A DNA stretch of 64,000 nucleotides from Camelus ferus (taxonomy: Eukaryota), in assembly GCF_009834535.1 (NCBI RefSeq), contig NC_045704.1:10044001-10108000 (forward strand). The letters run 5' to 3'. Of the stretch, positions 10,601-33,899 are shown one piece after another; positions within the stretch are counted from its first letter, which is position 1, and each line of letters starts with the position of its first letter. The position numbers and the translations under genes are program-made. The notes under the pieces are model-generated. The model worked only from the letters and a program-made list of their open reading frames with translations. It had not been told where the DNA came from and did not search any database.

Positions 10601-13600
10601 TATGTGCCTTCACCAGGTAGCAGCTCTCTAAATGCCCAAGGTCCTAGGGTTCATTTTCCGCCTTTGCCCCATAAAGAGGGACGCCCCCCTGCTCGTGGCT
10701 GTCCTGCCACACTGTCTCCCGGGTCTCCCCTCTTTTAGCTCGGTGTCTGGGCTGAAGCAGACCTTGTTGGCTGAGTCGGGGGCCCTGACCAGCTACAGCC
10801 ACCGAGTGTTCTCCGCCTGGGACTTTGGCCTTAGCGGGGAGGTGCACGTGCGGCTGCGCCAGCGCATCATCCACTATGAACTGCAGGTGCGCCCAGGGGT
10901 TGGGCCTACGACCAGTTGGGACCATAGGGCGCGGGGCTGAGAGAATGGGCCGGACCTAGACCGGGGAGGGGCGGAGCTTTCTTCTAAGGAGGCGGACCTA
11001 GAGGGGAAAAAGGACTGGGAGGCCACTATAGGGATGACTGAGGTCAAAGGGTACAGGGAGAAGCGAGCTGGAGGAAAGGGGCGGGGCCTAAGACCCCTGG
11101 GATCAAAAGTAAGAGAAGGGTGTGGCCAGAAAGGGCCTGATAAAGTAGAACTGAAACGCCGCACCCGGCGTGAGTGCCCGGCGGGCCCTAGAATGAGGAC
11201 GACGTGTTGGGCGGGGCTTGGGAGGAAGGGCGTGGCATGGTTCTGGGCGGGGCCAGGTCTACGCTGTCGCCCGGAGGGCCCTGGGTGGGCTGGGATAAGG
11301 ATTACAGAGGTTCTCAGAGGACCGGCGTTGCAACAGTTAACGTTGAGCCTGGGCTCTGGACCACCGGTCGGGCCTGGGGCAATGGAGGCCACGTGGACAT
11401 CTCCTGTGGCCTCAGGTGGAGCTGGAGGAAGCAGTGGTGCGGCGCCGGGCTGCGGTGCGGACCCTGGGCCAGGAAGCCACGGTGTGGTTGGTGCGACTGC
11501 TGCTCAACCTGCTGGTGTTCGCACTCCTGGGAGCAGCCTTCTACGGCGTCTACTGGGCGACAGGGGCCACTGTGGAGCTGCAGGTGTGCAGGGTCAGGAG
11601 GAAGAGGAACGTTTAAATGTCCTGGAACCTACATTTGCAAGGGTGGAGGGGACTGAGGCCTGTGATGCCTGGAATCTCAGAGAGGAGGGATGAGTGGGGA
11701 TTAGGTTTGGACCTTGGGCTTCAGGGTGCTGAAGAAAGAAGAGGCGGGGAGACTGTTAAGCATGGCTCCTCCAGAACCCCAGAGCTTCTCCTGGTCCACC
11801 CTGCCTCCCAGGAGAGGCCCCTTGTCCAGGAGATGCCACTGCTGAAGCTCGTGGTGGATTATCTTCCGTCCATCTTCATCTCCATGGTCAACTTCGTGCT
11901 GCCGCCGGTGTTCAGTCTCATTGCCCCGCTGGAGGGCTACACCAGGAGCCGCCAGATCGTTTTTATCCTGCTCAGGTTCCAGTCTCCTGGGGTGGGCTGG
12001 GGATGATGGTGGGACTGGTCGAGGCACATTGCTTCTAGCAGATAAGACACGGAAATCTCCAGGATATAGGATCCAGTGAGATCTGGGTTCAGATCCTGAC
12101 TCTTCTTATCAGTAAGCCTCAGTCTCCTCATCTGTGAAATGGGGAAAACTGTGAGCACGCTCCACTCAGGAGGGACCAGGCACGTGATGGGCACTCGGCC
12201 AGTGCCGATTCCCTTTCTCTCCTTTCCCCTTTGCCAGGACTGTCTTTCTCCGCCTGGCCTCCCTGGTGGTCCTGCTCCTCTCTCTCTGGAATCAGATTAC
12301 TTGTGCCGGTGATGCGGATGCTGTGGCGTGCAAAACCTGTGGCTACAATTACAAAGAACTTCCGGTGAGGACAAGGGGCAAGGACTACTGGGTCCTTGAA
12401 GGAGAGGAGCCTGGTGGGTCCAGACTCCTGGCTTATGAAGAAAGGGGAGCTTGGCGTGCTAGAATACCACCCCCTCACCGGGGGTGATAGATGTTTGAAA
12501 AACCTGAAGACCCCTGGAGTAAGTATTGATCTCATACGCTTGTGATTTGGAGACCGAGATGCTTGGTTCCACAGATGTCTGGGTCCTGAGGTCTTTCTGA
12601 CCCGTTCTTCCTTCCTCAGTGCTGGGAGACTCGGCTGGGGCAGGAGATGTACAAACTCTTGCTCTTTGATCTGCTGACTGGCCTGGCAGTAATTCTGCTC
12701 ATCCAGTTTCCACGAAAGTGAGAGTCCCGCCCCTTGCCGTGGCCCCGCCCACCACCCTGTTCTCTTCCCTCTCGCCCCGCCCCTTTCCTAGCCCCGCCTC
12801 GAACTGCCCAAAGTCTGCAGACCTGGCTCCTTTCGTGAGTTTGGTGGTAGTCACTTCACTCTGGCCCTGCCCCTACTGATGTGATTACCTCTACCCTTCC
12901 AGTCCTCAAGCCCCGCCCTCTAGACACACCCCCTCTAGAACTTGAAAGCCCCGCCCCTCCTTAGCTAATGCCCACTTCCGATTGATGAGGGGGACAGTGG
13001 AGGCGGGGAAGCTCGTGGCTGGTCTGCCTCTGACTCGGCCCGATCGCACCCCGCCCCTCAGGCTGCTCTGTGGCCTCTGTCCCGGGGCGCTGGGTCGTTT
13101 CGCTAGGACCCAGGAGTTCCAGGTGCCGGACGAAGTGCTGGGGCTCATCTACGCACAGACGGTGGTCTGGGTGGGCAGTTTTTTTTGCCCTTTACTGCCT
13201 TTGCTCAACACGGCCAAGTTCCTGCTGCTTTTCTATTTGAAGAAGGTGAGGGGTGGGGAGCACCCTGGTGTCTGAAGCAGAAGGTATTGGGGCTTGGGCT
13301 CTCGGTCCTGGGGGAGGAGGGGACTGAGGGGTGTGGCTACTGGGTCCCGGCAAGGGAGGATGCGAGGGTCCTGGACTACTAGATCCTGAGAGAGGAGGAT
13401 TCTGGAGGACAGACTCCTGGATGTGGGAGATGGGGGTGTCTAGGGCATCCCAACTTTTAGGTCTGAGGAAAGAGGGGACTCGAACTCCTGTGTCTGATGG
13501 TGGAAAAGAACTGGGACTCCTGGATCCTGACTGAGGAGAGGGGGCTAGGGGCCAGGGGTCCTGCATGGCGGAAAAGGAGAGTCTGGGGCTCAGATTCCTG

Positions 13601-14506
13601 TGCCTCAGATTCCCTCCTTTTCCACCCTCAGCTCACCCTCTTCTCCACCTGCTCCCCGGCCTCCCGAACGTTCCGGGCCTCCACAGTAAATTTCTTTTTC
13701 CCCCTGGTCCTTCTCCTGGGTCTGGCCATCTCCGCCGTTCCTGTGCTATATAGCATCTTCCTGTAAGTGTGAGAGGCACCTGCGCCCCCCCCCCCCTTCC
13801 TCTTCTCTCCCGGGTTCTGATTTTTGGCCATCCTTGAGCTCTGCCTGTCTCTCACTTCAGGATCCCACCTTCTAAGCTGTGTGGTCCGTTCCGGGGGCAG
13901 TCGTCCATCTGGGCCGAGATCCCCAATTCCATTTGCACCCTCCCTCAGACTGTCCAGAACTTTCTCTTCTTCCTGGGGACCCAGGCTTTTGCTGTGCCCC
14001 TTCTGCTTATCTCCAGGTGAGAGCCCCAGACTCCTGGGTCTAAGTTTGAAGGTATATGCTCTGGGGACACTGCTGCCTGCTTCCAAGGAAGGAGGGGTCT
14101 GAGGGCCCAAACTCCTGGGTCTGAGGGAAGTAGGAGGCTGGGATACTGGACTGATTGAGTCTGGAGGAGGAGGTCCAGACCCCTGGTTTCTAAAACGTCA
14201 TACGTTGAAGATACTCTAAGAGCGTTTGGGGATTGGCTTCCATTCCTGTCTCCTCTAGCATCCTTATGGCATATACGGTGGCCCTGGCTAACTCATATGG
14301 ACGCCTCATCTCTGAGCTGAAACATCAGATAGAGACGGTAAGCCAGGCCGTGTCCTTGGGAAGGGGTCCCGGGGAATATCGAAAGGGACACAGGGGAGAG
14401 ATCTGTCTCACCTCCACCTCTCTACCCTTTACCCCAGGAGGCGCAGAATAAAGTCTTCTTGGCACAACGCGCTGTGGCGCTGAGCTCCGCCAACGGAACT
14501 CTTTGA
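4672..14506 (+). CDS. TMC4: TMC4, transmembrane channel-like 4; 15 coding exons, 703 aa
   Basis: Exons 4672-4750, 5268-5475, 7763-7908, 8006-8238, 8376-8497, 10739-10886, 11416-11583, 11812-11975, 12238-12364, 12620-12717, 13062-13245, 13632-13762, 13861-14016, 14259-14337, 14438-14506. All GT-AG, total 2112 nt, in frame. Contains TMC-domain [12 protein letters not shown] and [28 protein letters not shown]. Confidence 0.97.
4820..5240 (+). repeat. MSR1-type minisatellite, TMC4 intron 1
   Basis: Several degenerate units; best copies at about 5126-5235 (ggacccctgggtctgagggaggaggggctgggg). Confidence 0.8.
5895..5970 (-). mobile_element. Vic-1-like SINE, 5'-truncated
   Basis: B-box half (ggaggtactggggattgaaccc) plus the diagnostic ggtaattag/tttattt tail; A-box half absent. 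Confidence 0.75.
6334..7090 (-). mobile_element. Nested L1 3'-end fragments (older L1M-type, then a younger laurasiatherian-type L1)
   Basis: Recognisable L1 3'UTR stretches (catttaagatctactctcttagcaac; ttgaagtatagttaatttacaatg; catgttgctgcaaatggcattatttc). Subfamilies not resolved. Confidence 0.75.
7134..7272 (-). mobile_element. Vic-1-like SINE, full length with long A tail
   Basis: Same head and tail as the copy at 605; T-run at about 7134-7150. Confidence 0.85.
8700..10330. mobile_element. L2 fragments with an inserted MER58-like element (about 9655-9855) in TMC4 intron 5
   Basis: L2 hallmarks (cattcattcaagcaacaaatatttgattgagc; ggagcttacattttaac-like). MER58 hallmark gtgttccaataaaactttatttacaaaaacagg. 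Confidence 0.6.
13270..14190 (+). repeat. Degenerate MSR1-type arrays in TMC4 introns 11 and 13
   Basis: Recurrent (g/a)gactcctgg(g/a)tc(c/t)ga at 30-40 nt spacing in 13270-13610 and 14025-14190. Confidence 0.7.
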
Positions 14507-14685
14507 CCTCCCTAGTCTGGCTTAGGGTGAAGGCCCACTTTCAGATCCAGACCTGCCCACAGACCCTTTGTAAGCCTCGGCCACGTCATTTGGAAAATGA
14601 GGGAACTGGATAAGGCCCCATGCCTTTCTGGCCCTGGGATTCACTGCCAAGTCCCTGACTCTACAGTGAACCTCTTTCTCGTATC

Positions 14686-14691
14686 AATAAA
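14686..14691 (+). terminator. TMC4 poly(A) signal AATAAA
   Basis: AATAAA 180 nt after the TGA stop. Confidence 0.85.
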
Positions 14692-14759
14692 CACTGCGGA
14701 GACTGCTGAGCGATTTTTTGAAACTTGCATCCTGAAGCCGGGAGCAAGGCTTCCGCGGG

Positions 14760-15400
14760 ACATAAGCCAATCAACTGTGTTGGCCTATGGATTGGTGTGA
14801 AGGGTTATTCCGCGAGAGAGCCAGGCGGGCGTGCTAGCCAATCAGCGGCCGCGTCTAGTAGCGTCAGGGCGGGGACACTTGTGATTGACTCAGACTCTTG
14901 ATAAGAGGCGGTCGCTAGGCGACACCGCGCGTGATTAATGGCGAGGGGGTGGGCGTCTCAGCCAATCACCTTTCGCCACAGATTCAGGGGGTGTGTCAAA
15001 TGGTCCTGGACCAATCCGTGGCTGAGGCAGAAACAACAGGGCGGGGCCGTCCTCTTGCCAATCGGAAGTGCTAGGAGGTGGGCCTGCCAGTCCGTGGACA
15101 GATACGGCGCCATGAATATCTTACCCAAGAAGAGCTGGCACGTCCGGAACAAGGACAATGTCGCCCGCGTGCGGCGTGACGAGGCCCAAGCTCGGGAGGA
15201 GGAGAAAGAGCGTGAGCGGAGGGCGCTACTCGCTCAGCAAGAGGTAAGCTCCGCGTCCAGCCGGGCGGGGCTCCGGGGCCGAGCGCGCAGGCGCCTCAGT
15301 AGGGTCCTAGAGTCTGGGCGGCGCGCAGGCGCAGTGCACACCGTGCGGCATTAGGGACCGCGCGCCTCGGAAGCGCATACTGGCAGAGCCCCCCACCTCC
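14760..15400 (+). promoter_or_regulatory. LENG1 CpG-island promoter with CCAAT array, GC boxes, ETS and NRF1-like sites
   Basis: CCAAT at 14767, 14838, 14962, 15011, 15058 and ATTGG at 14791. GGGCGGGG at 14867 and 15039. CGGAAG at 15063. GCGCGCAGGCGC at 15283 and 15321. CpG-rich. Confidence 0.8.
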
Positions 15401-18239
15401 ACCTCTCCCTGGTCTTGGTACTTCCCCACTCCTGTACTTCCTGAGTCCAGAGTAGGAGCTCATGAATAAATGAAGCCCTGGGCAGTTCAAGAAAACTCAA
15501 GACGACTTTTTGCCTGCACAAACCCCCTAATTATTGAGCGCCTGCTGTTATGTCCCCATGCAGAGCGCTTGACTTGCAGAATCTCTCAAGCACCGTTCGT
15601 TCTTGGAGGGGCGCTGTCATTTCCATTGTGCCGAGACGTGAGATGGTTTCAGAGAGGAAACAACAGCGAAATGACAGTGGAAAGCAAAATCCGCTCCATC
15701 GGGCTAGCCTTTTGCCTGCACCGCTGCCCACACACAAACACCAGAGGCCCTCTTTATAACTCGTAACCTGTTTGGTTTACACCTAGTTTCTAGTCCTTTA
15801 GCTAATCTGATCGTCAACACTGACTGGGAAATAGTTGGGTCTTTTTAAATTCACATTTATCAGTAGAAATTACAAATCAACTGGGGATAATGACTTGGAG
15901 CCCGACTTGGAATTCGGATCACCTGTTCTAATACATGCTGTGGCTGCCTTCATTACCTGCTTTTATTGCTTAGTCTCCCGAGGTTGGGAACCCCTCTGGT
16001 TTACTGTTTGAAAGGTAGCTTACAAACCCAGGTGTTACCTCATTCCTCCACCCCTCCCCGGGCTGGGACAGATGCCTCTTTTAGGCGCCCAGGGCTCCTG
16101 CTCCCTTCCTTACAGCGTCCAGCACCATGATCTGTGATTTCCTGTGGTCAGCACCAGAGTCCTGGTTCCTTGAATCACATCTAGGTTCTGAATGTTCTGC
16201 CTGTAACTTCCTTTCCCCCGAGGCCCGCACAGAATTCTTAAGGAAGAAAGCGAGGCAGCAGAGCTCACTACCTGAGCTCGAAGCAGCAGAAGCCGGAGTC
16301 CCAGCCTCTGGCCCTGTGGATCTGTTTCGGGAGCTGCTGGAGGAAGGGAAAGGGGTGACCAGAGGCAACAAAGAGTATGAGGAAGAAAAGCGACGAGAGA
16401 AGGTAAGTGGGTCTTGCCCTCTTCATTCGAGTTGTGGGTGCAGCTGGGGGTAGGGGAGCACCTTGCCCTCAGGTGTGACTCAGAGGAGTGTTCAGGGATA
16501 ACGGCGAGGATTAAATGAGTTAACAGCACTCAGAACAGTACTGAAACATAGCACTCAAAAGTGTGGGTTATTGCTGGCTGCTAGGTACAGACCCGCCAGG
16601 TCTCTAACCTGACCCTACAATAGGGATCCTGGAAGTGCTGAGGAGCTTTTTAAATATAAATCAGATCCAGTCACTCATCTCTCAGGAATTTCCCTTCAGA
16701 CTCTGACCTTGCTTCCCCGCCTCAGTCACTCCTCTGCCTTGCTGCTTCTTTCAGGTTTCTTTTCAATTATCTCCCCAAAGATGCCTACCTTTGAACCCTA
16801 ACCTAAAGCAGCTCCACCGTGTCCCCTCTTCCTGTGCTTTCTGCTGCTGGAGCTGCCCATGCGCCCCCAGGGCAGAAGCCCGACTCTGGTCTATTACTGG
16901 TCTGTTGCGGCCCCAGCACCTGGCAGAGTTGGCTCATGACAGGCCTATTGGCTGAGTGACTGGTTCTGCCTCCTTGGGAGCCTTGGCTGTCCCTGTTTCC
17001 CCCCAGGAGGAGACACATTTGACGTTCTCATTTTCACATCTCCTGTTCCCCTCAGGAGAGGCAGGAGAAAGCCTTGGGCATCCTGACGTACCTGGGCCAG
17101 AGTGCAGCAGAAGCCCAGACTCAGCCCCCTTGGTACCAGCTCCCCCCAGGGCGAGGGGGCCCTCCCCCTGGTCCAGGACCAGATGAGAAGGTCAAGAACC
17201 GCCTGGACCCTCTGCAGGAGATGCAGAAGCATTTGGGGAAGAAGAGGAAGCGCAGTGGTGATGATGGCAGTGACGGCAGAAAGGAAAAGAAGGAAGAGCC
17301 TGAGAAACGACGACCCAAGGAGTAAGGAGGCTGGCCTGGGGCTTGGCTGCAGCCACGAGGCCACCAGGGAAGCTCACTGGGACAGCAGGGCACGGGGTCT
17401 AGGGTCTGCATCAGGGACTAGAGACGTGTTCTCAACATGTGGTCTAGGGACCCTAGGGGTCCTGACACCCCTTTGGGGTTGGGTCTGCAAAGTCAAGCTA
17501 ATTTTCATAACACCATATACCTTTTTCACTCTTGTTCTCGGGGCTTCCAGAGGCTGATAGAAGGCACCGCGGCTCTCATGGTTAGTGGAACGTACACTCG
17601 TGTTAGGGTTTCTCATTTCCATCTCATATTAGATACTAACAGATAAAACCCACTAAAACAAAAGCTCTCTGAGGTTCAGTTTGAGACCAGGGTTAGGAAC
17701 CATGGGGTTGGAGTAAAAGCAGGTTTGTGTCCCTAAGATGCCAGGCACCTGAGTGTAGACTGGTTGTACTGGCCAGTATCTTCTACAGAAGAGGAAACAG
17801 AGGGCCAGGGTGTGCTCAGTGTCAGACAGCTGATTAACGGTGGAGGGGCACCCACTTGTAGAGGTGGTGAGGCCAGCTTCCTGGCCCCAGCACCAGTCTC
17901 CTCCTCTCCCTTGGCCTCACGACAGACACAGGCAGGAGGTTCCAGGTGGCAGCTCCCTCACAGAGGAGGCTGGGGCCTCCTGGGGCGAACAGTTTCCTGA
18001 ACCAGCTCTCCTCTCTCTCCAGACCCCCGTCCCTGGACCAGCTTCGAGCTGAACGTCTCCGGCGGGAAGCAGCCGAGAGGGCTCGGGCAGAGGCCCTGCT
18101 GGCCCAGGTCAGAGGCACGGTGGCCCCGGAGCACCAGGCGGAAGAAGAGGTGGATGACCGGCGGAGGCGGTACAACTCTCAGTTCAACCCCCAGCTGGCC
18201 CGGCGCCCCCGCCGGCAGGAACCCCACCTCGCTCACTGA
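15112..18239 (+). CDS. LENG1: LENG1, leukocyte receptor cluster member 1; 4 exons, 264 aa
   Basis: Exons 15112-15243, 16223-16402, 17056-17321, 18023-18239; total 795 nt. N-terminus [24 protein letters not shown] (CBF1-interacting co-repressor N-terminal type); C-terminus [25 protein letters not shown]. Confidence 0.97.
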
Positions 18240-18534
18240 CTCTGAGGGGGTANNNNNNNNNNNNNNNNNNNNNNNNNNNNNNNNNNNNNNNNNNNNNNNN
18301 NNNNNNNNNNNNNNNNNNNNNNNNNNNNNNNNNNNNNNNNNNNNNNNNNNNNNNNNNNNNNNNNNNNNNNNNNNNNNNNNNNNNNNNNNNNNNNNNNNNN
18401 NNNNNNNNNNNNNNNNCCCAGCCCCTCCCTGCTTCCTGGGGGAGGGGGCTGCCCCATGGCCTGGGGCCTCCCCCCAGTCTTCCAGGGCAGGGCCCTCACC
18501 TGGGCAGGGGATCAGCATGCGGGGGGAGGGGAGG

Positions 18535-29764
<11,230 letters not shown>

Positions 29765-31069
29765 CTTCCCTGCCCTACGGACGCGCTCTCTTCATACTCT
29801 CTTGGAGACGGATGCTGCTGGAGAGATCGGAAAGGGACACACATTTATTCCCTGGCTGGTCCGAACCCAGAGACTCGGACGAGGTCGGGAATAGCAAGGC
29901 GCGTGGGATGGTAAAGGGGAAGATGCATTTCCTAACTGATGACAGAGACTTAGCCCAGTTCTCTTTATACTGCCTTGACTGCCCAGCACAGGGTCTGGCC
30001 CACAAGAGGACTCGGGAAGTTTGCTGAAAGAATGAAAGAGATACATATTTTGTGTGCCTCTGACCCAGGAAGTGGAAAATTCCTAGAGTACCTTCTCCCC
30101 AGATGACACCCAAAAGGATTTTCTAGAGCAGGGAAAGTCATGCAGCACACAGCTGACTGCCAGGGAGGAAGGCATTAGACCTGGAGGCCACACTTCCTGT
30201 AGAGGAGCCAAGCACACAGGTGACCAGAATCCTAACCCAGGGAGAGATTATTCTTCAGACAAGTCAGGAAACAGAATTTGCATCCCACAGAGAAGGGCCT
30301 GATGTTGTGTATACGGGTATGAGCCGTAAGGGACCAAGGGGAAGTGCAGTGGCTGAGGGGGACGAAAGGTGCCTACAGCTGTGAAGAGCTAAACCCACCC
30401 ATACAGGCAGGGCTGGATCCCAAGTACGCTGACCTCTGAAAAGTTTATTTCAGAGGAGGACCCTTAAACCAAAGGAGATAATATTCCTAACCCAGAGGCC
30501 AATACCAAAAAGGTCTGCGGGAAGAAGGTAGCACCCAAGAGGGGGCCAGGAGAAGCGAGAACTCTTTCAAAGATGAGAGGGTGAAAGGGGAACTTAGCTG
30601 TGAGGGAGCTCTCCGCACACACCAAGGAATTACAGATCAAATGCACTGGTAACACAGACTCAGGGAAATGTAAACCCTCAGACAAGCACTCAATACTTAG
30701 AGATGGGTGTCTCCATCCTAAAGGAAGGACACGCAACCCAGAGAAGACTGAGGTCAAAGGGGAGTCACCAGTAGCTTTCACCCAGGCAAAGCTGCACCTT
30801 AGGGCCCGACACCAAGACCACCAGGAGCAGTCAGGAGCCTTGAGGAGGGAAGGTCATGTGCCTGCGCGGCAGGAGGTCGTCCCCTCAGAGAGGGGGCCTC
30901 TACTGAGGTCCAGGGAGCACTCTGCAGGCTTAGGGCAGGGTGCCCCAGGGCAGTCCCAACTGTCCAGGCAGAAAGAGTCCTGTATACATGGAGGACTAAG
31001 ACTTTCAATCCAGAGGGAAGTCATACCAAGGGGGCCCTCACCCACCAAGAAGGGAACATCTCAAGAACA

Positions 31070-31245
31070 ATCCTGTCCAACAGAACTTTCCAGGACAGAA
31101 ATGTTTTACACCTGGGCTATCTGTGCCACTGAACGCTCAAAAGCTCAAAATGTGGCTAGTGCAACGAAGAATGGAATTTAAGATTTTTATGTTAACTAGC
31201 TAAAATTTAAATCACACGTAGCTCGTAGCTACCAGTGGGACAGGG
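31070..31245. mobile_element. MER3-like hAT-Charlie element
   Basis: ctgtccaacagaactttc...aaatgtggctagtg...gtagctaccagtgggacag. Confidence 0.65.
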
Positions 31246-33899
31246 TATCTGTGAGCACACCCCAGAACCAGAAGCCCATGTGACGGGGCCAGTCCCCTCT
31301 AAGGGACCGGCTTTGCATGGGGGCAGACCTTTTGACTTGGGGGAACGTGACTCTCTTCCACGAAAGGCCAAGCAAGAAGAACGGCAGTGCCCTTAGCCCA
31401 GGGTTGGTGGACATGCCAAGGTGGAGCCCAATCACAACACAGGGAAAATTCCAGCTCCAGGAAGGAGAAGCAGCCAAAAAAGGACCCAGGAGGCAATCAC
31501 ACAGAGGGGACTCAAACTGAGATGGGGCAAGCGCCTCTGATCCAGGTGCTCACACGAGGGCTTGGACCCCAACACTGAGGTGTGCAGGCATGAGTCTTAG
31601 CTCCCACGTCCCAACACAGAAAAGCCTCTTACTGCCCAGGGGTGTGGGGTGAGTGCAGGAATGTTCCCCAAGTGCTGGTCCTCCCTGCCTCTGCCTGGCT
31701 CCTGGGGCAGAGGCAAGGCACTGCACACATTAGGGAGGGAATGCTTTCTTCAAGTCCCCACACCAAGTGGGTGGGACACCCAGCCCCAGAGGGGACAAGA
31801 TTGCAGCAGCAGGAGGTACTGAAGGAGCTGGAAGCAAGGTGCCAGGGGAACAAGAGCCCTAGCCTGGGAGGTGATGTATCAGACAGAACCTCAAAGTAAG
31901 CAACAGCTGAGACTGGAAGCAGACACCATCTGACCCGGGCAGGCAGCTCCCAGGGCCTGGGTGTTCGCACCCCTAGGTGGGCTGGCTACCACAGTGGGCA
32001 GGAGCCTTAGCCGCAGAGGGAACCCCCGTCCCCTCTGCCAGAGAAAACTTTCGTATCAAGAGGGTGCCTATACCTTAGATCCCCAGGAAAGGACCAAGGA
32101 GAAAGGAAACTGGAGCCTGAGTCTTGAAGTAGAGATGCTCTCACACCCTCACAGGAGACTCTCAGACTTAAAGGGCTGGTAGCCCCCCGCTCTGAGGGGC
32201 CCACCGAGATGCTCCAGGGGAAATAATCATGTCAGGCCCATTCCGAGACAGGCAGGCACCTTAGGAAGAGAGGAGCTGCTGTTCTCAAACAGCACTAAGG
32301 AATCTGGGAACCCTGACCAGAGAGATTGAACCAAAAGACTTCGTCCAGGAGAAAGACACATCCCCACAAGTAAGGAGCCTATGCCGAGGGGGTGGGTAGG
32401 GCGAACAGCGTGCCAGATCCACAGGAGCCAGCAACCATAAAGTGAGGGGCTAAAACTAATGAAGAAGAGCCCCCCAAACCTCACGTCAGGGGAGATGACA
32501 CTGCCACGCAAAGGCCTGAGGAGCAGCAGGGCAGCAGGAGCAGAAGGCTTAGTCCTGGGGAACTAATACCCAGTGGTCCCTAATCCTGGGGGTGGTCACG
32601 TGCCCGTAGAGAGGCCTAGTACCATGGGGTGATGAGCTCTGGCCTGCTGGGAAGTGATGCCAGAAAGCCATCCTTAACCTGGGAGGCTGCTGAGGCCATC
32701 ACATGGAGGATCTGAGACTCCGCGAGGTGGATGTGTTAGGTCCTGGGGTGGAGGGAGTTATCTCCCCACTGCGAGGCCCAGCACCAAGGACGGGGGATTG
32801 GGAATCCCACCTTGGAAAGGTTACACAAAGGCATCTTTCGTCCTGGGGTAGGTGACAACAGCGGGGTCTCCACCTCAACTCAGGCATCTTACACCCCCCA
32901 TAGCAAGGAACTTGTGCCTCAGGGGGAGAGGGCAGAAGCCCAGTGCCACACTGTGGGACATCACAAGCAGAGGGCCGAAGCGTAAGTCCTGAGCACTAAC
33001 ACCTGAGAGGGGCCTTGGTCCCACAGTGGGGGGCACACAGAGGGGTGTGGATACCTCAAATCCAAGAGTCACCAATACCAAGGAAGGCAGAAACCTTACC
33101 CCTGGAGAAGGCAACACTGAGAAAATTTCCTTATCCTGGGGAAAAAAAAAAAAAAGCACAACTCCAGTCCTCACAGCACACACCTCACAATAAAGGAAGC
33201 TCAGATGGAAGAAGCCGTATACTCTCAGGGGGTTACCAGCAGGGTGGGTATGGGTAGGTAAGAGCCTTGCTCCTACAACTGCTGCCACCAACGGGGTGGG
33301 ATCTTTGCCTCCTGGAAAGATTACACCCCAGCGGAGGGACTGATGTGAATGGAGGCAGAAGCTTCAGACTGAGGGCAGTGATAGCCTATGTGGTGAGGGC
33401 AGTGGTGGAAGGTATCAAAAAACCAAACCAGTACCAAAAGGGTAGGAGCATAAATCTTGGGGGAGGTGACAGCCCCTGGGCTGAGAGGCTGGCCCTAATT
33501 AGAAAAAAAGAGTGCTTGTGGTGCCCACACCGGGAGATCACTAATGACGTGGAGAAAGCAGGAACCTGGGAAGTGCCACCAAGAGACGACCAGGTACCGG
33601 AGACCCAGCAGAGCTCAAAAGCCTCACCAAACAGACCCCAAGGAGGGAGTGACATCAAGAGGAAGCGCAGGCTCGGGCGGGCAGAGAGCCTGGATCCAGG
33701 TGAGCGCACATCCACAAAGCCAGAGGGGACGCCCGGCCCCGTGCAGTTAACCGCTGAGGCCCGAAGCGGTCTCTCTCAGGACAGCCCAGACTCCCCAGTG
33801 GGGAAGGCCTGGGCTGTGGGATGGGGAAGCCTTAAACCGGGGGCACTTTTCACTAGAGGTGGAAACTTTGGCTGAGGCTCCATCTCGTGGAGCTGGCAC

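Noticed and set aside
9799-14452. Extra AATAAA hexamers in TMC4 (about 9799 in a MER58-like element; 14447 in the Asn-Lys codons of the last exon)
   Set aside because: One is part of the transposon consensus and the other is coding. A better-placed signal follows at 14686.
14938-15111. In-frame upstream ATG extending LENG1 by 58 aa
   Set aside because: It lies among the CCAAT and GC boxes, upstream of the likely start site near 15065, and has T at -3.
30600-33875. 193-aa and 202-aa plus-strand ORFs in CNOT3 intron 1
   Set aside because: No domain similarity; one runs into a MER3-like element. They are explained by purine skew, and at least the 193-aa ORF starts at GTG rather than ATG.
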